Below are positions 1 through 8,124 of a stretch of DNA of 64,000 nt, one piece after another. The notes beneath the pieces are model-generated. The model was given only the letters and a program-made list of their open reading frames with translations. It was not told where the DNA came from and made no database searches. Within the stretch, counting starts at the first letter, position 1; each line of letters starts with the position of its first letter. This DNA is from Nitrospirota bacterium (lineage in GTDB: Bacteria; Nitrospirota; Thermodesulfovibrionia; Thermodesulfovibrionales; JdFR-88), in NCBI GenBank assembly GCA_021789935.1, contig JAJYIR010000010.1, positions 3,065 through 67,064 on the forward strand, in the 5' to 3' direction. The position numbers and the translations under genes were made by a program.

Positions 1-66
1 GATACTGAATTCTTTGAATCGTCGGTCACTCTAAGAGATGATAAAATATCAGAGTTAGGAGCGCCC

Positions 67-360
67 ATGAAAGAACTCAACAAAATAAAAGATATTCTAA
101 ATAAGCACCGGGATGAGCTGCGGGAAAAGTACAAGATTACGGAAATCGGTATATTTGGCTCTTATATAAGGGGCGAGCAAAAAAAAGAGAGCGATATAGA
201 TGTCCTGGTTGAATTCAGCGAGCCCATTAGCCTGATTGACCTTATCGGAGCAGAAAATTATATTTCCGATCTGATAGGGAGAAAGGTCGATCTCGTACCC
301 AGAGAGGATATCCGGCCTGAACTGAAACAGGTTATTCTTGACGAGGTGGTTTACATTTGA
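67..360 (+). CDS. mntA: MntA-like minimal nucleotidyltransferase (antitoxin of a HepT/MntA type VII TA pair)
   Basis: 97-aa ORF with the GS-x-RGE...DIDVLV nucleotidyltransferase signature (GSYIRGEQKKESDIDVLVEF). SD-like taggag lies just upstream. Its stop overlaps the TTG start of the downstream HEPN gene by 4 nt. Confidence 0.8.
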   Translation: MKELNKIKDILNKHRDELREKYKITEIGIFGSYIRGEQKKESDIDVLVEFSEPISLIDLIGAENYISDLIGRKVDLVPREDIRPELKQVILDEVVYI

Positions 361-719
361 AGCGCGATATATCGCTGTACGTGAAGGATATCCTGGAAGC
401 AATGGAAAAGGCCGAGGGCTTTATAGGCGCGATGGGCCAGCAGGATTTCCTTCTTGATGCGAAAACCAATTTTGCTGTTGTGCGGTGTCTTGAAATAATC
501 GGCGAGGCCACAAAAAATATCCCGGATGCTATCAGGGAAAAATACAAGGATATCCCGTGGCGTGACATGGCTGGCATGAGGGACAAAGTGAGCCATTTCT
601 ATTTTGGGACTGATTTCAATAAGGTCTGGCTCGCCGTCAAAAGGGATATTCCGATTTTGAAGCCCCGAATAAAAAAGGTTCTTACGGATCTCAGTGCACC
701 TCCTGAATCTGGCCGATAA
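357..719 (+). CDS. hepT: HepT-like HEPN/DUF86 toxin
   Basis: 120-aa ORF with an Rx4H HEPN motif (GMRDKVSHFYF). Translationally coupled to the upstream nucleotidyltransferase gene, the usual MntA/HepT arrangement. Confidence 0.75.
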   Translation: MKRDISLYVKDILEAMEKAEGFIGAMGQQDFLLDAKTNFAVVRCLEIIGEATKNIPDAIREKYKDIPWRDMAGMRDKVSHFYFGTDFNKVWLAVKRDIPILKPRIKKVLTDLSAPPESGR

Positions 720-1075
720 TTACGCTACTGTATTCTTTCGGAAACCCGCGTCGGTTCCGGGTTTCGAAACTATCATATAACGCCTGTAACCCGCGCCAAA
801 ACCTGGTCCCTGAAAAGTTGCCGTTACGAACATCTCGTCCTGGGAAACGGCCAAAAGAAGGCGGGTTTTTACCGGTAACTGTTATATCGCCAAAACGGCG
901 CGAGTGTGATATAGCGGGGTGAAGTTCGCACGGGAAGCCACCCCAGGCTTGCGCCAGAGTGTTGACGCCGGTGGTGGCCAGTTTGGATCGGAATAGGTGT
1001 CCGGATTCACCGGAATCTCCAGCACTTTATTTTCGCCCGCCCGCTTTCATTTATAAATCTATAAGAAAATTTTTT

Positions 1076-1104
1076 TTGAACTATTTCGTGAACTATGGTA
1101 TTTT
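1076..1104 (+). promoter_or_regulatory. Candidate sigma70-type promoter upstream of acsE
   Basis: TTGAAC (1076-1081), 17-nt spacer, TATTTT (1099-1104), about 65 nt upstream of the acsE ATG in an AT-rich stretch. Pattern match only. Confidence 0.25.
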
Positions 1105-1169
1105 CAATACTCTCTAACTTTAAGGTTTTTTGTAACCCGAGGGGAAAAATAAAGGCCAAGGAGTAACCG

Positions 1170-1952
1170 ATGCTTATTATAGGCGAGAAGCTGAGCATAA
1201 TAGCCAAAAGGGTCCGTGAAGCGATGTTCAAAAAGGACAAGGGCCCCATCCAGGAGATAGCAAAGGCGCAGTGGAACGCCGGCGCAAGGATGATAGATGC
1301 CAACATAGGCCCGGCGGAAGACGGGGGAGAGGAACTGATGCAATGGATGGTGAGGACCATCCAGGAGGCTGTCCCGTCCCCGATATGCCTGGATACGACA
1401 AACGCGAAGGCCATAGAGGCGGGCCTCCAGGTGCATGATAACCAGTGGGGCAGGGCGCTCATCAACTCGACTTCCAACGACCCGGAAAGGTTCCCGATTC
1501 TGGAGCTTGCGGCAAAGTACAACTGCCAGGTGATAGGGCTCACCGTGGGCAAGGGCGGGCTGCCAGCGGACGCTGAAGAGAGGTGCGGCATAGCCGCCGA
1601 GATAATGGCGAGGGCCATGGAATACGGGGTGCCGCTCGAAGACCTGTACCTGGACCCGCTTGTGCTCCAGATAGCGACTTCCCAGGACCACGCCATGCAT
1701 GTGATAAAGGCGATAAAAATGTTCCAGGAACTTAATGACCCGGCCATGAAGACCGTAGTGGGGTTAAGCAATATTTCAAACGGCTGTCCCAAGAACGTAA
1801 GGCCGCTGATGAACAGGCAGTACTTCGCGCTGCTTATGTACCACGGGCTTACCTCGGCCATAGCGGACGCGGCCGAACTCTCCGAGATAGCAAAGACCAT
1901 GGACGTAATCATGGGCAAGACGCTTTATGCCCATTCATATCTAGAGATGTAG
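1170..1952 (+). CDS. acsE: Methyltetrahydrofolate:corrinoid/iron-sulfur protein methyltransferase
   Basis: 260 aa. Pterin-binding MeTr-type sequence (DANIGP, INSTS, GLSNISNG blocks). SD aaggag upstream. First gene of an acs cluster. Confidence 0.85.
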   Translation: MLIIGEKLSIIAKRVREAMFKKDKGPIQEIAKAQWNAGARMIDANIGPAEDGGEELMQWMVRTIQEAVPSPICLDTTNAKAIEAGLQVHDNQWGRALINSTSNDPERFPILELAAKYNCQVIGLTVGKGGLPADAEERCGIAAEIMARAMEYGVPLEDLYLDPLVLQIATSQDHAMHVIKAIKMFQELNDPAMKTVVGLSNISNGCPKNVRPLMNRQYFALLMYHGLTSAIADAAELSEIAKTMDVIMGKTLYAHSYLEM

Positions 1953-1969
1953 GAGGGAAAGGAAAGAAC

Positions 1970-2914
1970 ATGCCATTTACACCGCCTAAAGAGAGCTATA
2001 ACGGAAAGATATTCGAACTTGCCCTTGGCAGCGGCGAAAAAGCGCTTGCGATAGGCGGCGAAAATGTCCTTTCGTTCCACGGATTTGAGGGAAGCACCCC
2101 GAGAAAGCCGGTAATCGCGATGGAGGTGCAGGACATCGCCCCCGCGGACTGGCCGCAGACCGTACAGGACGTATATAAGGATGTCTCCGGAGACCCGGTG
2201 GCGTGGGCTCTGCACTGCCAGGACAAACTTGGCGCGGAGGCCATCGCCCTGAGGCTTACTGGCACCCACCCGGACAAAGGCGATATCAGCGCGGAGCAGG
2301 CAGCGGCAACTGTTAAAAAAGTTCTTGAGGCCATAAAGGTACCCCTTATCATACTTGGTTCCAACCATGCGGAGAAGGACACGGCCGTGCTCGTGAAGGC
2401 AGCGGAGGCGGCCAAGGGGTCCAACTGCGTTATCGGAAAGGCCCAGGAGGCGAACTACAAGACGATAGCCGCTGCGGCGATGGCCAATGATCTGAAACTC
2501 ATAGCCATGAGCGAGCTGGACATAAACCTCTCAAAGCAGCTCAACATACTTATCACGCAGATGGGTTTCGACAGGGAGAAGCTGATAACCGACCCGATGT
2601 GTTCGGCCCTGAGCTATGGCCTGGAATACACTTATTCGGTCATGGAGAGGATAAAGCTGGCGGCCCTGGCCCAGAACGATCCCGTCCTTCAGCCCCCGAT
2701 GCTGGCGGACGCCGGCATGTACGTCTGGAAGGTAAAAGAGACCCAGGCCCCGGAAGCCGGCCTGCCGGAGTGGGGGAGCCTCGCCGAAAGAGGCATCGCA
2801 TGGGAAGCGGTCACGGCTTCGTCCTTTCTTGTCTCTGGGGCGGATATGCTCATTATGAGGCACCCAGCCGCCGTCGAAGCGGTCAAAAAGTTCATAGCCG
2901 AGATGGAGGTCTAG
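1970..2914 (+). CDS. acsD: Corrinoid iron-sulfur protein small subunit (CdhD/AcsD family)
   Basis: 314 aa, no Cys cluster, AcsD/CdhD-like sequence. Sits between acsE and acsC with gaps of 17 and 6 nt. Confidence 0.85.
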   Translation: MPFTPPKESYNGKIFELALGSGEKALAIGGENVLSFHGFEGSTPRKPVIAMEVQDIAPADWPQTVQDVYKDVSGDPVAWALHCQDKLGAEAIALRLTGTHPDKGDISAEQAAATVKKVLEAIKVPLIILGSNHAEKDTAVLVKAAEAAKGSNCVIGKAQEANYKTIAAAAMANDLKLIAMSELDINLSKQLNILITQMGFDREKLITDPMCSALSYGLEYTYSVMERIKLAALAQNDPVLQPPMLADAGMYVWKVKETQAPEAGLPEWGSLAERGIAWEAVTASSFLVSGADMLIMRHPAAVEAVKKFIAEMEV

Positions 2915-2920
2915 AGAAAA

Positions 2921-4261
2921 ATGGCGCTAACCGGAGTCGAAATTTTCAAGCTGTTGCCAAAAACCAACTGCAAGAAGTGCGGGCAGCCCACCTGCCTTGC
3001 CTTTGCCATGAAGCTTGCCCAGAGACAGGTTTCCCTCGATCAGTGCCCCGATGTCTCCGAGGAGTCGAAACAGAAGCTTGGCGAGGCCTCCGCGCCGCCT
3101 ATCAGGCCGGTAACGCTGGGCGCCGGAACCAGGGCTGTGAAGATGGGCGAGGAGACGGTCCTTTTCAGGCATGAAAAGAAGTTCGTGAACCCGTGCGCCT
3201 TCGCCGTCAAAATAGAGGATACGCTTTCCGAGGCTGATGCCGCAAAGAAGATAGACGAGGTGCTGGCTTCCGAGATAGACAGGGTCGGCCAGAAGCTGAG
3301 GGTGGACGCCATGTTCCTTTCAAACGATTCGGGAGATGCCGCAAAGCTTGAGGCGCTCGCCAAACTGGCTGCCCAAAAGGCCCCCGATGTGCCGGTAATA
3401 ATATCCACGGTGAACCCGGATGCGGCCGGGGCCGCCCTGGGCCATTTCAGCGGCAAGAACGCTGTGCTCTACGGCGCCAACGCCGGCAATCTGCCGGCGA
3501 TGGCTGAAAAAGCAAAGGCCGCGAAGGCCGCGCTGGGCATAGCCGCCAAAAACCTTGACGAGCTTTCGGATCTGACAGAGAAGGCCAAGGGCCTAGGCAT
3601 AGAGGATATGGTGATAGACTCCGGGGCGCGCAAGGCCGGAGAGATACTCAGGGACAACACCTACATAAGAAGGGCCGCCCTTAAAAAGGGAATCAAACAG
3701 GTTGGCTACCCCGTCATAAACTTTGCGGAGCGCGGGGACGAGATGCTGGAGAGCCTGGTTGCCGGGCTGGCAGTCAAAAAATACGGCTCCATTGTCGTGC
3801 TCGGCGCGGTCCGGAAATGGAAAGACCTTGTCCTCTTCTCGCTCAGGCAGAATATATACACGGACCCGCAGGTGCCTATGCAGGTCCAGCAGAAAGTATA
3901 CAAGATCGGGGAGCCGGGGCCGAAATCCCCCTTCCTTATTACGACGAACTTTTCTCTCACTTACTTTATAGTTTCCGGCGAGATAGAAAACTGCAAGGTG
4001 CCCTGCCGTCTTGCAGTAATGGACTCCGAGGGGCTTTCGGTCCTTACCGCATGGGCCGCGGGCAAGTTCACGGCTTCCAGGATATCCCAGTTTATAACCG
4101 AAAGCGGTATCGGGGAAGAGCTTGAACAGAAGGAGCTCATCATTCCGGGCTATGTTGCCATTCTTAGCGGAGCGATAGAGGACAAGCTGCCCGGCTGGAA
4201 GATAACTGTCGGCCCCAGGGAGGCAAACGGCTTGCCAGCGTTCCTGAAGGCCAGGGCGTAA
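2921..4261 (+). CDS. acsC: Corrinoid iron-sulfur protein large subunit (CdhE/AcsC family)
   Basis: 446 aa. N-terminal 4Fe-4S motif CKKCGQPTCLAF...QCP typical of AcsC, followed by a TIM-barrel/corrinoid-binding-like region. Confidence 0.85.
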   Translation: MALTGVEIFKLLPKTNCKKCGQPTCLAFAMKLAQRQVSLDQCPDVSEESKQKLGEASAPPIRPVTLGAGTRAVKMGEETVLFRHEKKFVNPCAFAVKIEDTLSEADAAKKIDEVLASEIDRVGQKLRVDAMFLSNDSGDAAKLEALAKLAAQKAPDVPVIISTVNPDAAGAALGHFSGKNAVLYGANAGNLPAMAEKAKAAKAALGIAAKNLDELSDLTEKAKGLGIEDMVIDSGARKAGEILRDNTYIRRAALKKGIKQVGYPVINFAERGDEMLESLVAGLAVKKYGSIVVLGAVRKWKDLVLFSLRQNIYTDPQVPMQVQQKVYKIGEPGPKSPFLITTNFSLTYFIVSGEIENCKVPCRLAVMDSEGLSVLTAWAAGKFTASRISQFITESGIGEELEQKELIIPGYVAILSGAIEDKLPGWKITVGPREANGLPAFLKARA

Positions 4262-4284
4262 TCCGTCTGATTTTCTGAAGGACA

Positions 4285-4301
4285 GTCCCCTTTTGGGGGA
4301 C
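4285..4301 (+). terminator. Stem-loop after acsC (possible attenuator/terminator, no U-tract)
   Basis: GTCCCC-TTTTG-GGGGAC hairpin 24 nt after the acsC stop, followed by about 290 nt of AT-rich non-coding DNA. Confidence 0.25.
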
Positions 4302-4590
4302 AAGTGAAGCCGGAACTGTTTGTATTTTTTATTTCAAGTTGTAGATTTGTTTATAAATTGGTAAATTATACGTTTAGCTTTAAGAATCTGTGGCGTAAAT
4401 CTTTAAAATAGTATCTCAGAAACCGAGCCGGAGACGGCGGTGCAGGCCTTTTTTGTTTTCGCATGAAAGAAAAAACTGCGGGGCCCGATCCGGCTTGCTT
4501 ATCCTGGAATCCATCAAACGCGTACAAAAAAACCTGACTAAATATTCCCTAGGTCATTTTTTTAAAGACGGAGGACAAAACAAAAAAATC

Positions 4591-5091
4591 ATGAAGATAG
4601 AAAATATTGACGTAGACGGCCATTACAGGGAAATAGGCGAAGTCCTCACGGACGAGCAGAAAAAAAGAGGGGTGCTCATTCATGCCCTTCAAAAGCTCCA
4701 GAAAGAGCATAATTACCTGCCTGAAGACAGGCTGAGGGCCCTTTCAAAGAAGCTGGACATCCCCCTTGCGGAAATATACAGCACAGCTTCCTTTTACAAG
4801 CATTTCTACTTCAAGCCCAGGGGCAAAAACATTGTCTGCGTTTGCACCGGAACGGCCTGCCACGTGCGGGGTGCCTCAAAGGTGCTCCAGCAGATAGAAG
4901 ACGAATTCGGGGTGAAAGAGGGGCAGACCACGGCCGACATGTCCCTGACGCTTGAGACCGTCGGATGTGTCGGGTGCTGCGGGCTGGCGCCGGTCGTGAC
5001 GGTAAACGATGAGGTAATCGGGGAGGCCGGCCCCAAAAAGGTAGGCGGGATAATAGATAAAGTCAGGGCCAGGGGCGGGGAGGACGAATAA
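4591..5091 (+). CDS. NuoE/HoxE/HndA-like thioredoxin-fold [2Fe-2S] subunit
   Basis: ATG at 4591 is preceded by the SD gacggagga; the track ORF from 4453 adds an implausible N-terminus. Motif CTGTAC...CVGCCGLAP (Cx4C...CxxxC) of the 24-kDa subunit family. Confidence 0.8.
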   Translation: MKIENIDVDGHYREIGEVLTDEQKKRGVLIHALQKLQKEHNYLPEDRLRALSKKLDIPLAEIYSTASFYKHFYFKPRGKNIVCVCTGTACHVRGASKVLQQIEDEFGVKEGQTTADMSLTLETVGCVGCCGLAPVVTVNDEVIGEAGPKKVGGIIDKVRARGGEDE

Positions 5092-5096
5092 AACCG

Positions 5097-7442
5097 ATGG
5101 GAACAAAAAGGCTGCAGAACATAGATGATTTAAAGGCGCTGAGGGCGAGGCTGGAGGCTGAGGTCTTCCAACCGGGACGGGCCAGGGCAAGGGTATGCTG
5201 CGGCACAGCCTGCACCGCCCTGGGCTCGCACAAGGTCATAAGCGCACTCGAAGAGGATGCCGGGAAAAGGGGCATTGATGTGGAGATAGTAAAGACCGGA
5301 TGCCAGGGCATGTGCCAGAAGGGCCCGGTCATGAAGGTGGAGCCGGAGGGCATCTTCTACCAGAGGGTTAAAGCCTGGCAGGTGCCGGACCTCGTAAGCT
5401 ATACGCTTGTGGGGAAGACGCCTTACAGGAACGCCCTTTACAGGAAGGACATACTCAGCGAGCCGATTGCTGACATGCTGGAGCTGCCTTTTTATAAAAA
5501 ACAGATGCGCATCGCGCTTCGCAACAATGACAAGATTGACCCCACGAACATCCTTCACTACATAGCGGTGGGCGGATACAAGGGGCTTGAAAAAGCGCTT
5601 TCCACCATGACCCCTGATGGCGTCATGGATGAGGTGGACGAGGCGAACCTGAGGGGCAGGGGCGGCGCCGGTTTCCCGGCGGGCAAAAAGTGGAGACACG
5701 CGAAAAGCGGCCCGGAGCACACGAAGTTTGTTATCGCAAACGGCGACGAGGGAGACCCGGGGGCCTTCATGGACCGCTCCATAATGGAGGGAGACCCGCA
5801 CAGCCTGTTTGAGGGGATGCTCCTTTGCGCCTACGCCATCGGCGCCAAATACGGGTTCGTGTACGTCAGGCACGAGTATCCGCTAGCGGTGAAGCACCTG
5901 AAGCACGCGATCTTCCAGGCTGAGGAACTTGGCCTGCTAGGCAACAATATCCTCGGCACGGCTTTCAGTTTTCATCTCGATGTGAGGGAAGGCGCCGGGG
6001 CCTTCGTATGCGGCGAATCAACTGCGCTTGTGGCCTCGATAGAGGGGGAGCGCGGGTTCCCGAGGCCTCGTCCCCCAAGGCTCTCTGAGCGGGGCGGCGG
6101 CGTGTGGGGTTACCCGAGCAACCTGAACAACATAGAGACATATGCATGCGTGGCGCCGATTATAGAGAAGGGGGCGGGCTGGTTCAGGAGCATAGGCACC
6201 GAGACCTCGCCGGGCACAAAAGTCTTCGCGCTTACCGGCAAGGTCAAGAACACAGGCCTCGTCGAGGTGCCGATGGGCATGACCCTGCGGGAGATAATAT
6301 ACGGCATCGGCGGGGGGATCATTGACGACAAGAAGTTGAAGGCAGTCCAGACCGGCGGGCCTTCCGGCGGCTGTCTGCCCGCGAGCTATCTGGACCTGAA
6401 GGTGGATTTTGACTCGCTCTGGAAGTCAGGCTCCATGATGGGCTCGGGCGGCATGGTCGTAATGGATGAGGACACCTGCATGGTGGACGTGGCCAAATAC
6501 TTTCTCTCCTTTACCCAGTCGGAATCCTGCGGCAAATGCCCTCCATGCAGGATCGGCACTTACCAGATGCTCCAGATACTGGAGAGGATAACGAAGGGGC
6601 AGGGAGAGATGGGCGACATAGAGAGGCTCATAAGCATAGGCCACATGGTACAGAAGGGCTCACTGTGCGGCCTTGGCCAGAGCGCGCCCAACCCGGTTTT
6701 AAGCACGATAAAGTATTTCAGGCAGGAATACGAGGAGCACATCTATGACAAATACTGCAGTGCCAAGGCCTGCAAGGGCATGGGCGTGTTCGCCATCAAC
6801 CTCACAGAGTGCATACGGTGCGGCCTGTGCAAGGAGGCCTGCGCCTATGGCGCCGTAAAAGAGGGCAAGGACAAGTTCTTCATAGACAGGGACGGCTGCC
6901 GGCAGTGCAAGGCCTGTTATGACGTCTGTCCCGTGGGCGCGGTCAAGATAAGGAAGCACAGCGTGGCCAGGCTGGAGGAACAGTTCAGGATCCCCGCGGA
7001 TAAGATAGAGATACTTGAAAGGAGGGTCAGCATGACGCTTAAAGACCTCGTAGAAGCAAAACCCGCCAAATTCGTTTCCTGCGGCGAAGATTGTCCCGTG
7101 ACCGATGCCGTCACGAAGATGGACGGCCAGAACGTCGGTTCCATACTGGTTTTCAATAACCGGCAGAAACTGGTGGGCATATTCACGGAGAGGGACATCA
7201 TGCACTGCTTTGCCAAGAACGTCCAGTTCAATCAGAAAACGATCAAGGACGTGATGTCGCAAAACCCTGTGACGCTCGATGCGGCCACGGACATAAGCGT
7301 GGCGGTCAGCCTCATGTCCGAAAGGAAGATAAGGCATCTTCCCGTGATGGAGAACGAAAAGATAATAGGCATCGTCTCCTACAGGGACCTGGTGTCCTAT
7401 ATGCTGCCTGAAATTATCTTCATGGCCGAAGACATCTACTAG
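5097..7442 (+). CDS. NuoF/HoxF/HydB-like FMN- and NAD(H)-binding flavoprotein, with N-terminal [2Fe-2S] domain, C-terminal 2x[4Fe-4S] ferredoxin domain and a terminal CBS pair
   Basis: 781 aa. GRGGAGFPAGKKW (FMN/NADH site); ESCGKCPPCRIG...LCGLGQSAPNP (N3 cluster); CIRCGLCKEAC and CRQCKACYDVCP (ferredoxin). Residues ~646-781 (nt 7032-7439) form two CBS-like repeats (VGIFTERDIMH..., IIGIVSYRDLVSY). Confidence 0.85.
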   Translation: MGTKRLQNIDDLKALRARLEAEVFQPGRARARVCCGTACTALGSHKVISALEEDAGKRGIDVEIVKTGCQGMCQKGPVMKVEPEGIFYQRVKAWQVPDLVSYTLVGKTPYRNALYRKDILSEPIADMLELPFYKKQMRIALRNNDKIDPTNILHYIAVGGYKGLEKALSTMTPDGVMDEVDEANLRGRGGAGFPAGKKWRHAKSGPEHTKFVIANGDEGDPGAFMDRSIMEGDPHSLFEGMLLCAYAIGAKYGFVYVRHEYPLAVKHLKHAIFQAEELGLLGNNILGTAFSFHLDVREGAGAFVCGESTALVASIEGERGFPRPRPPRLSERGGGVWGYPSNLNNIETYACVAPIIEKGAGWFRSIGTETSPGTKVFALTGKVKNTGLVEVPMGMTLREIIYGIGGGIIDDKKLKAVQTGGPSGGCLPASYLDLKVDFDSLWKSGSMMGSGGMVVMDEDTCMVDVAKYFLSFTQSESCGKCPPCRIGTYQMLQILERITKGQGEMGDIERLISIGHMVQKGSLCGLGQSAPNPVLSTIKYFRQEYEEHIYDKYCSAKACKGMGVFAINLTECIRCGLCKEACAYGAVKEGKDKFFIDRDGCRQCKACYDVCPVGAVKIRKHSVARLEEQFRIPADKIEILERRVSMTLKDLVEAKPAKFVSCGEDCPVTDAVTKMDGQNVGSILVFNNRQKLVGIFTERDIMHCFAKNVQFNQKTIKDVMSQNPVTLDAATDISVAVSLMSERKIRHLPVMENEKIIGIVSYRDLVSYMLPEIIFMAEDIY

Positions 7443-7454
7443 GGGTGATCTTTC

Positions 7455-8057
7455 ATGGATGAGAAGAAGGAACTGAAAGTTGAGGACATAAAGGCCGGCG
7501 CGCAGGCCCTGGGGTGCCCGGTGCAAAAGGCGCTCTATTACGTGGCGGGCTTTCTCGACGGCCCCATGTGCGGCAAGTGCTTCCCATGTTCCCTAGGGAT
7601 ATTCGAGGCCAAAAGAAGGCTGGAGAATATCGCGGAGGGGCGCGGCACCGGGGCGGACATAAGCGCACTTAAGCGGATAGCCGGACACATGCTTGAGGCC
7701 TCCATGTGCAGGAAGGGGAAGGACACGGCGCGTTTCATCATCGAGTGGATGGAGGACGGCGCGTTTTCCGCACACGCGTTTTTTTCTTCCGGCGCGGCGG
7801 GCAGGTGCCCGGGAAAGCAATGTTCGGGGCTCATAGAGTTCAGGGTCGTCCCGGAGAAATGCGAGAGGTGCGGCCTTTGCAAAGACGCATGCACGCATGG
7901 CTCCATATTCGGAGAGAAGAGAAAACCGTACCTCACGGGTTATCCGCCCTTTGAGATAAGGCAAAAAAGATGCGTGAAATGCGGCGTCTGCCTGCGGGCA
8001 TGTCCCGCCGGCGCGATAGAGATCGCGGACGCGGCCACTGAACTTTTAAAGGCCTGA
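7455..8057 (+). CDS. Small Fe-S protein: stand-alone NuoF-C-terminal (N3-type 4Fe-4S) domain fused to a 2x[4Fe-4S] ferredoxin domain
   Basis: 200 aa. MCGKCFPCSLG...SMCRKG mirrors the CGKCxPCRxG...LCGLG cluster-N3 motif of NuoF. Followed by CERCGLCKDAC and CVKCGVCLRACP. Confidence 0.7.
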   Translation: MDEKKELKVEDIKAGAQALGCPVQKALYYVAGFLDGPMCGKCFPCSLGIFEAKRRLENIAEGRGTGADISALKRIAGHMLEASMCRKGKDTARFIIEWMEDGAFSAHAFFSSGAAGRCPGKQCSGLIEFRVVPEKCERCGLCKDACTHGSIFGEKRKPYLTGYPPFEIRQKRCVKCGVCLRACPAGAIEIADAATELLKA

Positions 8058-8124
8058 AAAAGATTTTTTGATTTTTTTACCCGGTTTTTAAGGAAATCAA
8101 GCTCGAATCAGGAGGAGTCCGCTC

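Noticed and set aside
690-1030. ~110-codon open frame on the minus strand with strings GHLF... and ...GTRFWRG..., faintly like Y1 (IS200/REP-associated) transposases
   Set aside because: No start codon, only two short and ambiguous matches from memory, and no terminal repeats seen. This is not enough to call a mobile element or pseudogene.
1007-1918. 303-aa ORF on the minus strand
   Set aside because: Antisense to acsE. Ser/Ala-rich with no motifs.
4453-4590. N-terminal extension of the NuoE-like ORF (track start 4453)
   Set aside because: The extension has no similarity to the family. A good SD precedes the internal ATG at 4591, from which the conserved domain starts.
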